Virus record (IMG/VR): IMGVR_UViG_3300036795_000211
Location: 1 to 64,000 of that record
DNA length: 64,000 nt
Strand: one strand, 5' to 3'
Origin: a virus
Shown: positions 44,317 through 53,353 of the stretch, piece after piece
How the letters are laid out: each line of letters begins with the position of its first letter
Position numbering within the stretch: position 1 is the first letter of the stretch
The notes under the pieces: model-generated
Databases searched by the model: none
The model's input: only the letters and a program-made list of their open reading frames with translations
What the model was told of the DNA's origin: nothing
Program-made: the position numbers and the translations under genes

Positions 44317-44812
44317 CGAACCAGTGCTAAGTCGCAATGGCTTCGAAACCGAGGAGATCACCGAGTTCGAGTGCACGATTCGCTTTCCGACCGGAACGCT
44401 TACGTTCAAGGGGAAGCATCTCCGTGCCGCCGTCGAACTAGTCCGCTTGATCCAGCCGGTAGAGCACTTCGATGCACTCGAAATTACGGCTCAGCGTGCC
44501 GTACTCCCGAGCGAAGCTGCCGCAAAGGAACTCGTGATCACCGTCAAGCGTCCGGGCAATCACGGAGATACTACGTTCGAAATGGAGTACAACGATGGTC
44601 GCGAGGAGCGACGACGCAAGCGAATTCGGCTTCCGGGTATTCACGCGGATATCGTTCTCGAACTAATGTCGAAGCATCCGGCCGGCGGCGAAGGCGTCGA
44701 CATGACGGTGATTGATAGCGGAAATCGTGCCGTCGGGACGGCGGAGGTCGAGATGACCCTTGAAGGCGTAAAACACCTGGTTGCTGCCCTGCAAGAGGTC
44801 GCAGGTCTCTGA
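44309..44812 (+). CDS. hypothetical protein
   Basis: GTG start after gaaagg. Confidence 0.6.
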   Translation: MADEPVLSRNGFETEEITEFECTIRFPTGTLTFKGKHLRAAVELVRLIQPVEHFDALEITAQRAVLPSEAAAKELVITVKRPGNHGDTTFEMEYNDGREERRRKRIRLPGIHADIVLELMSKHPAGGEGVDMTVIDSGNRAVGTAEVEMTLEGVKHLVAALQEVAGL

Positions 44813-44867
44813 GAACTGCCCTTGCCTGACCCGACCTTACCCGATCCGACAATCGGAGGAGACGCCG

Positions 44868-45119
44868 ATGAATCCCAGCAACCCCCCGCTCTGTCAGGAG
44901 TGCGGAGAACATGAAGTGGCGTACTCCGACTTCGTCTGCCGGTTCTGCTTTGCCAAGCTCCCGAATCACCACAAACGTGCCCTTCGTTTGAGCGTAGGGC
45001 GAGAAGATGAACGACACACGAGGGAGCGAGCACTGCAGTGGCTAAAGCGGAACCGCCGAAGTACTGGGACGAAAGGTCGGAGCGAATCGCGAATGCGAAC
45101 GAGCTCGCGTCGGGGATGA
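44868..45119 (+). CDS. zinc-binding small protein
   Basis: CQEC...CRFC; SD ggagg. Confidence 0.6.
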   Translation: MNPSNPPLCQECGEHEVAYSDFVCRFCFAKLPNHHKRALRLSVGREDERHTRERALQWLKRNRRSTGTKGRSESRMRTSSRRG

Positions 45120-45197
45120 ACTTCGTAGTCCCGGACGTCGTACCGCCACCGAGGGCGCAGATACGCTGGGCCCTCCAGCAACTAAGGAGCAAGTACA

Positions 45198-45461
45198 GTG
45201 TCAACCGAACCCGACCGTAGCGGGATCATGGACGTCGGAAATCCGTTTCTCGCCGTAGTCCCGTCCCGGGTGGACACCGGTACCGTGCAAACGGCGCAGG
45301 GAATGCGTGGCGTCGTGACAACGCGGACGTCCTCCGCAACGGTGACCGAGTTCCTCACGAAGGCCGATCTCCTCACCCGAGCTCGAGTCTTCAACGAGCT
45401 CGCTGACAAGGTCAGCGACACCGGCATCATCGTCGTAGGAGGTTCACTCAATGGCGGCTAA
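45198..45461 (+). CDS. hypothetical protein
   Basis: SD aaggag. Confidence 0.6.
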   Translation: MSTEPDRSGIMDVGNPFLAVVPSRVDTGTVQTAQGMRGVVTTRTSSATVTEFLTKADLLTRARVFNELADKVSDTGIIVVGGSLNGG

Positions 45462-46071
45462 CGTACGGCGGATGTTCTACGCCCCCGAATCGCTTTCCGC
45501 GGAAGTCGTGCAGATGGTCCTCGAACTTATCTCCGTGGACGTAAAGCTCGGAATCGTGGAACGCTGGACGCCGCATGAGCTCCTCGTTGCCTACGACTAC
45601 GCGATGCGTGCGCACCTGCGTGCGTCCGACAATCCGACTCACCTACGTCCGCAACCGTGGTTCGTCACTACTGCAGCCGCGATGTCGAAGGCGGCACCGT
45701 TCCACGATCCGACCGAGGCGTTTCACTCCGGTTCACGCACGGCGGAAAGCGACACCGGTCGCATTACGGTCAACGACCATATTCGCGTTACGACTCCCGG
45801 CGTTTCGGCTGAGTACCGCATTAACGGCGTACGAATCGTGTACGACACGGAGCACCTCACGTTCATGTCGGACGAACTCGACAAAGCCGGAATCACCGAG
45901 ATCGAGATGGCGAACTACGCCGGAATGTGCTCTCGGGACCAACGCGTCACCGCACGCGGGAGGAAGGACGATAAAGCTCCGTGGCTGTTCCTCCACGCTA
46001 GCGGAACGGTGTGTACGCACGACTTTCGTCCCGCCGAATCGCACATGTTCGGCGAATGGGAGCCCTCTTGA
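45451..46071 (+). CDS. hypothetical protein
   Basis: SD aggagg; HLRASDNP motif. Confidence 0.65.
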   Translation: MAANVRRMFYAPESLSAEVVQMVLELISVDVKLGIVERWTPHELLVAYDYAMRAHLRASDNPTHLRPQPWFVTTAAAMSKAAPFHDPTEAFHSGSRTAESDTGRITVNDHIRVTTPGVSAEYRINGVRIVYDTEHLTFMSDELDKAGITEIEMANYAGMCSRDQRVTARGRKDDKAPWLFLHASGTVCTHDFRPAESHMFGEWEPS

Positions 46072-46283
46072 GCTCCGCGATACCGAACGCGGGCTGGTAC
46101 ATCGAGTTCTACAACGCCGAAGGCGAAAAGATCGGCGATTCGATCCCGTTTCCCGATCCGGCTCCGTTCGAGTACAGCCTTCCGGTCCCGGAGGGTACGG
46201 AATACATGCGCCACGTATTCATCTTTCGTGCGCCGGAACCGATGATCCCGCCGTACTTCGACGAAGATGCGAGGCCGAGTTGA
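46068..46283 (+). CDS. hypothetical protein
   Basis: TTGA coupling. Confidence 0.5.
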   Translation: MSSAIPNAGWYIEFYNAEGEKIGDSIPFPDPAPFEYSLPVPEGTEYMRHVFIFRAPEPMIPPYFDEDARPS

Positions 46284-46558
46284 GCTGCGGTAAAGATCTG
46301 CCGGGCCGAATCGCACGCGTTCCCGGCGCAGCAATGCGAATGATCTTTCCCGAAGTGCGTGATGCGGACAACGACAAGATCTGGGGCTCGGCATGGGACA
46401 ACGAAGCCTCGGCGAAGGAGAGTTGTCGCCTTAACGCAACGGAGCACGGTCATCTCGGAGCCACGCTCGGTCCGTTGCATACCGAGATCGGCTGGATCAC
46501 CGGTGTCGACCTACGAGGCGCAATATCGAGAAACGGCGGTAGAGATGCTCACATATGA
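46280..46558 (+). CDS. hypothetical protein
   Basis: TTGA coupling. Confidence 0.5.
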   Translation: MSCGKDLPGRIARVPGAAMRMIFPEVRDADNDKIWGSAWDNEASAKESCRLNATEHGHLGATLGPLHTEIGWITGVDLRGAISRNGGRDAHI

Positions 46559-46853
46559 CACCGAGGAAGTCACGTATCTGCTTACCGCAGCTGCGAAGAG
46601 CCGCGGGAGGAAGGAGATGTACTGCGGTAGTGCGGTTCTCGAATGGCTCAAGGAAACGACACCGGAAGCCGAATCGGACCCGCCCGGAAGTGTCATGTCG
46701 TATGCAACGCTCACCGGTGTGTCGATCATTCTTAAGGACGACTATGCTCCTTCCGAGTTCCGCATCATCAAGCACGATAGCTGCACCGTGTCGGGAAGCG
46801 ATGTGTCGCACGGAATGTGCTTGCCTATCGCTGACGGCTACCTGGCGTTGTAG
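46545..46853 (+). CDS. small protein resembling an isolated capsid A-domain
   Basis: MYCGSAVLEWLK...TLTGVSIILKDDYAPSEFRII. Confidence 0.55.
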   Translation: MLTYDTEEVTYLLTAAAKSRGRKEMYCGSAVLEWLKETTPEAESDPPGSVMSYATLTGVSIILKDDYAPSEFRIIKHDSCTVSGSDVSHGMCLPIADGYLAL

Positions 46854-46919
46854 GACAAATCGAATGGCTTCCCAGTTTGCCAGCCAGGGTATATGATCAT
46901 TCTTCTATGGGCATAGCGC

Positions 46920-46962
46920 ACAGGAACCCCAGCTCACTGTTGCCGCAAGCTGGGGTTCCTGT
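46920..46962 (+). other. 15-bp perfect hairpin upstream of the primase
   Basis: acaggaaccccagct / agctggggttcctgt. Confidence 0.7.
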
Positions 46963-47074
46963 TAGGCCGAGGAAGGCCACTGCGATGTCCGCCTACCGCG
47001 TTAGGAGGATCACCACTCATGAGCCTACCCGATCCCTTTCCGTCTGTCAAGCTGCTATGTGATGGCGCACTTCG

Positions 47075-49288
47075 GTGAAGGCAGCGTCGGTACCGAAGGA
47101 GCTTACTGACGCCCTCGATAAGCTAGAGGACGTATCGCAGGAAGGTGATCAGTACCGTGCTATCTGCCCGGTGCATAACGGACACGGTCTAACCGTTCGA
47201 TGGAACTCCGAATCGAACGTCCTCGTAGTGCATTGTCACGCGGGGTGCGAGAAGGACGATGTCGTAACGGAGCTGCGTAAGCTCGGGATTCATCTCGGTA
47301 GTGCACGCCACCGTTATGAATATCGCGACGCCGATGGCGTGCTTAAGTGGACGAAGATCCGTTCACGCAGCAAAGAGGGACGTCGCTTCACCTACTATAT
47401 GTGTCACTCCGTCAAGGGCAAGGTGCCGGTAGAGGGAGTTCATCTCGGTAAGAAGACACGCAAACCCGATGGAACTTGTCGTTTCTGCGGCTCAGCGGAG
47501 CATCCCCGCGGAATGCTGTACAACGCAGCATCCGTAGTCGCAGCGATCGCTAATGGCGACGAGATATGGCTTGTCGAAGGCGAGAAGGATGTCGATGCGT
47601 TGACGTCGAAAGGTGTCATCGCAACAACGGCAATGAACGGCGTGGACGATTGGGGACCGATATACGTCGATCAGCTCGCCGGAGCACGCAGTGTCGTAAT
47701 CGTCGCGGACAATGACGCACACTCACACGGTAAGCGCGGTGCGTACAGTCGCTACCTATCACTCACCGGACACGTAGACACGGTGTGCGTAAAGGTCGCG
47801 AAGACCGGTAAAGACAGCTTCGATCACCTGCATGCGGGCTATACGGTAAACGACTTCGTAGATGTACCGATTGACGAACTCGAAGCACTTGCGCAGATAA
47901 CTACGGAAAGCGTAGATGCTGACGATCCGTTGTTCGATGAACGATGGACGCAGTACGGCTATGCGAAACGCTTCATTGAGCTACACGGCACGGAGGTCGT
48001 ATTCGACGGCAGATGGTGGCGCTATTGGGACGGTGCATACTGGCGAAAGGACGAACACGGTAGAGTGCTGCGTATGTCTGCGCGTCTCTCTCGGCGTATG
48101 TCGCAAGTGTCGGACAAGGTGCTAGGGACGAACGACAAACCGTTGTACGGAGCATTCGCAGCGAAGCAGGAAGGCGCAGGTGCTATTGCGTCAACGATGG
48201 CGCTCGCTAAGTCGGAGCTATCACTGCCGCAAGAAGAGTTCGATACCGATACAACGCTACTCGTATGCCGTTCCGGTATGTACGCTGGAGGCGGCGCATT
48301 CGCACCGCATGATCCGTTGAAGCTATACACGAAGTGCGTACCGGTTGATCACGATCCGAATGCCGAAGCACCGCAATGGGAACGCTTTCTCCGTAGCAGC
48401 ATTCCCGACCGTGATCAGCGTCGCTACCTGCAAACGCTCATCGGCTTTGCGCTTGTTGGCGGCGACCGAAAGAAGAAGCGCATCGTAAACCTGATCGGCC
48501 CGAAGGACACCGGTAAGTCAACGTTCCTCAGGTACATCGGCGAATTGCTTGCTCCGTACATCAGTACGCCGGCAGTAGAAGAACTCGTCTCGCACAAGTC
48601 GCGTAGACAGTCCGACAAGTTCGCACTAAGCGAGCTCCGAGGTTCGCGCATGGCCGTCGTGTCCGAGATCGAAGCGCACAGCACGTTCCGCGTTGCACCG
48701 TTGAAGGCATTGACCGGCGGTGACGTGATACAAACGCAATCGAAGAACCGTGATCCCGTCGAATGGCGTGCGTCAATTATGCTGCTGATCGCTACGAATG
48801 AACGCATTGCATTCGACGTCACGGACGACGCATTCGCTGAGCGTCAGATTGATATCGTGTTCCGGCGCAAGCGTAAGATTGATCGCAGCTTGTCGGTAAA
48901 GCTTGATGCCGAGAAACCCGGGATATGGAACTGGATCCTAGCCGGTGTCGATTCGTACCTACGTGACGAACTCGTTGAACCGCAGTCCGTAAAGGATGCG
49001 CGGGAGACCGCAGAGACTGAGATCTCGATCCCGTTCCAGTTCATTCAGCAGGGACTCGAATCCGGTATGCTCGTTGCAACGAAGGACGACTTCCCGGTCG
49101 TCAAGTGCTGCGGCGTTACGAAGCTGTTCGCCGACTTCGATGCATGGTGCAAGAACGAAGGTATGCGCGGTCCACGCCTACGCGAGTTCAGTAGAATCGT
49201 GCAGCGTCGCTATCGCAAGCATCACAACGCAAGCGACGGTCGCGATCACTTCGTCGGAATTGCGCCCTCTCGCAATGCAGAGAAGTAA
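47075..49288 (+). CDS. DNA primase-helicase (zinc finger, TOPRIM, D5-like SF3 helicase)
   Basis: CPVH...HCHAGC; VEGEKD, ADND, KDSFD; GPKDTGKST. Confidence 0.9.
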   Translation: MKAASVPKELTDALDKLEDVSQEGDQYRAICPVHNGHGLTVRWNSESNVLVVHCHAGCEKDDVVTELRKLGIHLGSARHRYEYRDADGVLKWTKIRSRSKEGRRFTYYMCHSVKGKVPVEGVHLGKKTRKPDGTCRFCGSAEHPRGMLYNAASVVAAIANGDEIWLVEGEKDVDALTSKGVIATTAMNGVDDWGPIYVDQLAGARSVVIVADNDAHSHGKRGAYSRYLSLTGHVDTVCVKVAKTGKDSFDHLHAGYTVNDFVDVPIDELEALAQITTESVDADDPLFDERWTQYGYAKRFIELHGTEVVFDGRWWRYWDGAYWRKDEHGRVLRMSARLSRRMSQVSDKVLGTNDKPLYGAFAAKQEGAGAIASTMALAKSELSLPQEEFDTDTTLLVCRSGMYAGGGAFAPHDPLKLYTKCVPVDHDPNAEAPQWERFLRSSIPDRDQRRYLQTLIGFALVGGDRKKKRIVNLIGPKDTGKSTFLRYIGELLAPYISTPAVEELVSHKSRRQSDKFALSELRGSRMAVVSEIEAHSTFRVAPLKALTGGDVIQTQSKNRDPVEWRASIMLLIATNERIAFDVTDDAFAERQIDIVFRRKRKIDRSLSVKLDAEKPGIWNWILAGVDSYLRDELVEPQSVKDARETAETEISIPFQFIQQGLESGMLVATKDDFPVVKCCGVTKLFADFDAWCKNEGMRGPRLREFSRIVQRRYRKHHNASDGRDHFVGIAPSRNAEK

Positions 49289-49470
49289 ATTCCTGTAGTA
49301 ATCCGTAATCCTGTGGACTTCTATGTAGCCGCCTTCTCCTTTCTACATGGTATCTACAGTTCTACAGATGATAGGTATGATAATGTGTCACACCTGAGGC
49401 AGGTAATGGAGACAGCATATGCCTCAGGTATGGGCCTCCTTATAGGAACTGTAATCCTGTAGTGGCTCTA
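49285..49470. other. putative replication origin
   Basis: AT-richer non-coding stretch after the primase with direct and inverted CTGTAG/CTACAG repeats and a 10-bp inverted repeat (49392-49429). Confidence 0.55.
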
Positions 49471-49548
49471 CCGGACTCCGCAATACTTTGAGCTGCTCGG
49501 ATAGCCACAGTATTGTAAACCTGTGACAGATGAACGGAAGGACATACG

Positions 49549-49725
49549 ATGGACGAGAGAATAGCGAAGCTACTCGAAGCGCAGAACAAGCTTCTCGCAG
49601 CAATCGCAACCGAGATCAGCTATACCGGTCACTCCGGAGAGTACTACACGTCGTATAGTACGAACGAGAATGGCACCGCCGTGTATCGGCGTAACATGCC
49701 GGACACGAGAGAAACGGAGTTGTAA
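49549..49725 (+). CDS. small hypothetical protein, 58 aa (not in ORF track)
   Basis: SD ggaagg; MDERIAKLLEAQNKLLAAIA... Confidence 0.55.
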   Translation: MDERIAKLLEAQNKLLAAIATEISYTGHSGEYYTSYSTNENGTAVYRRNMPDTRETEL

Positions 49726-49828
49726 CGACATTCCGGAAGGACAGCCGATTGCGACGAGCTTTTCCGTACGAAACGAAGACTCTTAGCCGTCTCTATCTCC
49801 GCTTGTCTAGGTGCTACATTCTCACCGT

Positions 49829-49857
49829 TTGACATCACGGCAATTCACTGATAGGCT
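49829..49857 (+). promoter_or_regulatory. SigA-type promoter
   Basis: TTGACA-17-TAGGCT with extended TG. Confidence 0.7.
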
Positions 49858-49862
49858 TCTGA

Positions 49863-49982
49863 TGCCGGGCAGCCATACGAGCAGCGAGCGACGGCAACGC
49901 ACCCAGCATCCGATATCCGACATGGCGCGATTGAGGATGGCGTTGCCTGGCCTGATCGTGTAGTTCGCGTGGCTGTCCGGCA
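49863..49982 (+). ncRNA. long irregular hairpin leader / candidate ncRNA
   Basis: tgccgggcagcca / tggctgtccggca, ggcaacgc / gcgttgcc and catcc / ggatg stems, beginning at the predicted TSS. Confidence 0.45.
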
Positions 49983-50000
49983 CACCGAGGAAGGAAGACC

Positions 50001-50624
50001 ATGAACGACCCCACCGGACCAATCGCCGCACCACGGAGACGTTGGCCACGCCGCCATCCAATCATCACTGGCGTGCTAACAGCAATCGTTGCCTTCATTG
50101 CTGTCGGAATCGCACTTGCGCCGAGCGGCCAACAGCAGGTCGTTACGCCGCCCGCCGCAGCACCGGCAAGCCCGGTTTCCGCACCTTCGCCATCCGCAGC
50201 ACCGTCACCGACTGGCGTCCCCCGCGCTGTCATCGGAACGGCCGAGGAGTTCACTCAGTCCGGTGTCCCCGCGCTAACCATCACGCCGTATGCACCGGTT
50301 ATCGCAACCGGTCCGATCGATATGTACAGCGACGGGCCCCAGAATGGCTACTTCGTGTCGTTCAAGCTTGTTGCCGCCGGCCTGACGGACAACACGGAGG
50401 TCGATTCGACCGAGTTCTACGTCAAGCAGGGTGCCGATCGCTATGACGAGGGTGACGGAAACGCATACGAAGGACCGCATGCCGGTTCCGAGCTGTCGTA
50501 CAGCGAACTGAACACCGGCGACGTTACGACCGGATGGCTCACCTTCGACCTGCACTCACCGCACGGAAAGCTCGTGTATGCGCCGAACCTTGATGGCGGG
50601 CCACTGCAGATCTGGCGGTTCTAG
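50001..50624 (+). CDS. membrane-anchored DUF4352/MPT63-like protein
   Basis: TM helix, Pro/Ala linker, P.NG.FV...L..G....GWLTFD...KLVYAP. Confidence 0.75.
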   Translation: MNDPTGPIAAPRRRWPRRHPIITGVLTAIVAFIAVGIALAPSGQQQVVTPPAAAPASPVSAPSPSAAPSPTGVPRAVIGTAEEFTQSGVPALTITPYAPVIATGPIDMYSDGPQNGYFVSFKLVAAGLTDNTEVDSTEFYVKQGADRYDEGDGNAYEGPHAGSELSYSELNTGDVTTGWLTFDLHSPHGKLVYAPNLDGGPLQIWRF

Positions 50625-50658
50625 CTCCGCCATTCCGAACCGGCTACCACTGAATAGC

Positions 50659-50687
50659 TTGACAGGGTGCTAGCCATCGGATATGCT
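50659..50687 (+). promoter_or_regulatory. SigA-type promoter
   Basis: TTGACA-17-TATGCT. Confidence 0.7.
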
Positions 50688-50728
50688 GCGGTAACAGTTT
50701 AATCCACACCGAGGAAGGGCAAGTTGCT

Positions 50729-51289
50729 ATGCGCAAGACCTTGATCGCCGCGTTCGGTCTGTTGACCGCCGTGGGAATCTCACTGGGTGTCGTTCAGTCC
50801 AACTCGGCCGGAGCGGCCACTCGTGCCTGCACCGAAGCCGTGACCACGCACAATGGCGTGACCGCGAACTGGTGCGCCAGCCAGGACCTCACCGGGTCGT
50901 CGCCCCTGCTGCAGCTCGCGACCACGAACAAGGTCGGTGTCTACTCCCGGCTGACGCTGAAGGTGGCCGGCGAGAACAAGCAGACCGACTTCCAGTTCTA
51001 CCCCGTGGTCGCCGGCGGTTCCGCCAAGAAGTTCAACTGGTCGCCCCGTGGCGCGGCCTCAAACCTCTGCATGGACGTCTCGAATAACCGCACGGTACCG
51101 GTCCTGAAGTTCTGCGTCGCGAACAAGCTCTCCCAGCAGTGGGACGCCATTCAGATCGGCGACACGAACAGCTTCGACTGGGTCAACGCTGCCACCGGCA
51201 CTGCTCTCACGGCCCCGGTCCACGCTCAGTACGAGCGCTTGATCATGGGTAACGGTTCCGGCTTCACCTTCGATCAGTCCGGCTCATAA
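50729..51289 (+). CDS. secreted ricin-B-type beta-trefoil protein 1
   Basis: Sec signal ending AGA; LCMDV...C...SQQW; N.ATG.AL. Confidence 0.75.
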   Translation: MRKTLIAAFGLLTAVGISLGVVQSNSAGAATRACTEAVTTHNGVTANWCASQDLTGSSPLLQLATTNKVGVYSRLTLKVAGENKQTDFQFYPVVAGGSAKKFNWSPRGAASNLCMDVSNNRTVPVLKFCVANKLSQQWDAIQIGDTNSFDWVNAATGTALTAPVHAQYERLIMGNGSGFTFDQSGS

Positions 51290-51303
51290 CCGTCCCGACA
51301 ATT

Positions 51304-51358
51304 CCGATGGCGGCCGCATCCCGAATCGCGACGGGGTTCGGTCGCCTCGGCATCTTTT
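51304..51358 (+). terminator. intrinsic terminator
   Basis: Irregular GC hairpin followed by tctttt. Confidence 0.5.
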
Positions 51359-51372
51359 AACGACATAGGAGC

Positions 51373-51585
51373 ATGATGAATCTGCAGTCAGCACTCAACG
51401 TCGTTTCCGCCGGCGGAAGGGTTCGGCGTCCGACATGGCCGGAGAACGAAGTGATGCTGCAACGGATGGAAGGCGACGTTCCACGAATGACGTTCTGGAA
51501 CACCGACACGGACGAGGAGGTCCCGCGCGGATTCGCGATCCAAGACATCAACGCCGATGACTATATCGAGGTGGAAACGCCATGA
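51373..51585 (+). CDS. DUF2829 / Tad2-like protein
   Basis: MNLQSAL..V..G.RVRR..W...QDINADDY..V resembles the DUF2829 pattern. Confidence 0.6.
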   Translation: MMNLQSALNVVSAGGRVRRPTWPENEVMLQRMEGDVPRMTFWNTDTDEEVPRGFAIQDINADDYIEVETP

Positions 51586-51767
51586 CGGAACCCGAGCCGC
51601 AAAGCGTATTTACCGCCGAAATGGTACGTGAAAGCGAAGAGATCGCCATGCTCCGGCAGATCCGAACCATGATCCGCTTGATGGCCGTAGGACTCGGGCT
51701 ACTCACGTTCGGCTGCCTTGTCATGTTCGTCACCGTAATCGTTACGGCGATCCAATATGGCGGCTGA
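51582..51767 (+). CDS. small membrane protein
   Basis: C-terminal TM helix; ATGA coupling. Confidence 0.6.
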   Translation: MTEPEPQSVFTAEMVRESEEIAMLRQIRTMIRLMAVGLGLLTFGCLVMFVTVIVTAIQYGG

Positions 51768-51981
51768 CGATACACCGCCGATGCCTGAAGCCGTGATTGC
51801 GGTATCACGGTTTCAGGCCGATGGAACGGTAACCGTCCTCTCGTGGGAAGTCAGTGCGAGTGCCGCAAACGGGATGGAGGCCGGGATGCGATACCAGTTC
51901 GGCGATCCGGTATCCGGAATGGTTCCGATAGCCGCACTCGAGCAACTCGAGACTTACCCGGGATTCATCTCCGACGAATAG
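51757..51981 (+). CDS. hypothetical protein
   Basis: Packed ORF. Confidence 0.55.
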   Translation: MAADDTPPMPEAVIAVSRFQADGTVTVLSWEVSASAANGMEAGMRYQFGDPVSGMVPIAALEQLETYPGFISDE

Positions 51982-52012
51982 CGCGGGGGCCGACAGCACC
52001 GGTGCTATTTCC

Positions 52013-52041
52013 TTGACACCCACCTAGGTGACTGATAGGCT
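52013..52041 (+). promoter_or_regulatory. SigA-type promoter
   Basis: TTGACA-17-TAGGCT with extended TG. Confidence 0.7.
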
Positions 52042-52078
52042 TTACCCAATCGCGGAGGTACCGCGAGAAGGAGGCATC

Positions 52079-52546
52079 ATGTTCCGCAGAAGAATCGCAA
52101 TCGGATTGGCGAGTCTCGGACTCGTCGCCGGCGGCGCACTGGCAACGGTGTCCGCTTCGCCGGCAAGTGCGGCAACGACCTACCAGATCACGCTGCACGT
52201 GGACTCCCGGTTCGGAATCGTCACGCACGGCACCGGGAACCAGGTAACCGTTCAGCTCAACGGGCACACGCTGTTCTACAAAACGGCGACGTCCGATGGC
52301 TTCACGAAGCTGCACGTGAACGGCGGCTCGAACTGCCTCGAGGCGCTGAACAGCAACATCGTGGTCGTCAACCCCTGCTCGGCCGGAAACGACCAGCAGA
52401 AGTGGCACATCACCCCGGCAAGTCCGGCGTGCAACTACCAGGTCAAGTCGAACAACAACTTCATGGCCGTGGCCTCGGCAAGCGACGGACAAGGTGTCGT
52501 GATGAACGCCGGCCAGGGCGACATCCGATGGGATTGCGGGCCGTAG
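52079..52546 (+). CDS. secreted ricin-B-type beta-trefoil protein 2
   Basis: Signal peptide ending PASA; NCLEA...VVNPC..GNDQQKW. Confidence 0.75.
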   Translation: MFRRRIAIGLASLGLVAGGALATVSASPASAATTYQITLHVDSRFGIVTHGTGNQVTVQLNGHTLFYKTATSDGFTKLHVNGGSNCLEALNSNIVVVNPCSAGNDQQKWHITPASPACNYQVKSNNNFMAVASASDGQGVVMNAGQGDIRWDCGP

Positions 52547-52643
52547 TTCGGTAAGCGCCCCCCTAGCGTCAGGTCCGGGTCTCGCCGAAATGAGATGGCT
52601 CGGACCTGGCCCCCGGGGAACGACTCCGGAGAGAGAAGGTACC

Positions 52644-53204
52644 ATGCGCCGAATACTAACACTGATTTCCGGTGTCGCAATGGCGATCGGAATCGGAGCG
52701 GCTGCCGCCCCCGCGCACGCATCAACGGCCCCGGCCAAGCAGGTCGGATACGCTATCACGCAGACCAATCCGACGACCTACATCACGCCGCTCGACACGG
52801 CGATCCCGGCTGCTCCGCTCATTGCCGCGTGGCGGATCTGCACTCGGTCGACGCCAACTCGCTGCGCAACCGGCAAGGGCGCTGGCGAGCAGTTCCAGAT
52901 GCAGGCCTCGGGCTATAGCACGTTCAACCGGATCAGCGCTCCGTACGGCGTCATGTTCAAGACGCCTAACGGTCTCTGCCCGCATGCGAAGGACGGCGCG
53001 AATGGCTGGGTCGTCCTGGGTGACGTGGGTTGTGACCCGAACAACCAGTCCTACCAGTGGTTCATCACGACCGATAACCCGAATCGGCTGCTGAACCCGC
53101 TCTACGACCGTTACCTCGGCGTGCTGTTCAACAACCAGGACGGAGCCCGCACGACAACGCAGCCCGGGACCGGCGCCTTCTATCTCGGGGAGTTCGGGAG
53201 CTAA
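52644..53204 (+). CDS. secreted ricin-B-type beta-trefoil protein 3
   Basis: Signal peptide ending PAHA; NGLC...GCDPNNQSYQW. Confidence 0.7.
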   Translation: MRRILTLISGVAMAIGIGAAAAPAHASTAPAKQVGYAITQTNPTTYITPLDTAIPAAPLIAAWRICTRSTPTRCATGKGAGEQFQMQASGYSTFNRISAPYGVMFKTPNGLCPHAKDGANGWVVLGDVGCDPNNQSYQWFITTDNPNRLLNPLYDRYLGVLFNNQDGARTTTQPGTGAFYLGEFGS

Positions 53205-53229
53205 CCCGGGCGCACAACCGAAACCCCAG

Positions 53230-53258
53230 TTGACATCAGTGTAGTTCGCTGCTATACT
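53230..53258 (+). promoter_or_regulatory. SigA-type promoter followed by a 17-bp 5' hairpin
   Basis: TTGACA-17-TATACT; hairpin at 53264-53322. Confidence 0.7.
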
Positions 53259-53353
53259 GGGATGGCCGGCCCCGGTGTGGGTTCTGGAACCCCCCCTCCA
53301 CTCCACTACACCGGGGTCGGCCTTCTTGCCGCTATACCGAGGAAGGAAACGCA

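Noticed and set aside
45575-46279. 5' part of the 327-aa plus-strand ORF
   Set aside because: Overlaps better-supported ORFs in other frames; only the 3' part from 46280 looks coding.
52568-52610. Hairpin beginning TCAGGTCCGG as SRP RNA
   Set aside because: Lacks the GGAA tetraloop and GCAGC of SRP domain IV; likely an ordinary intergenic stem.
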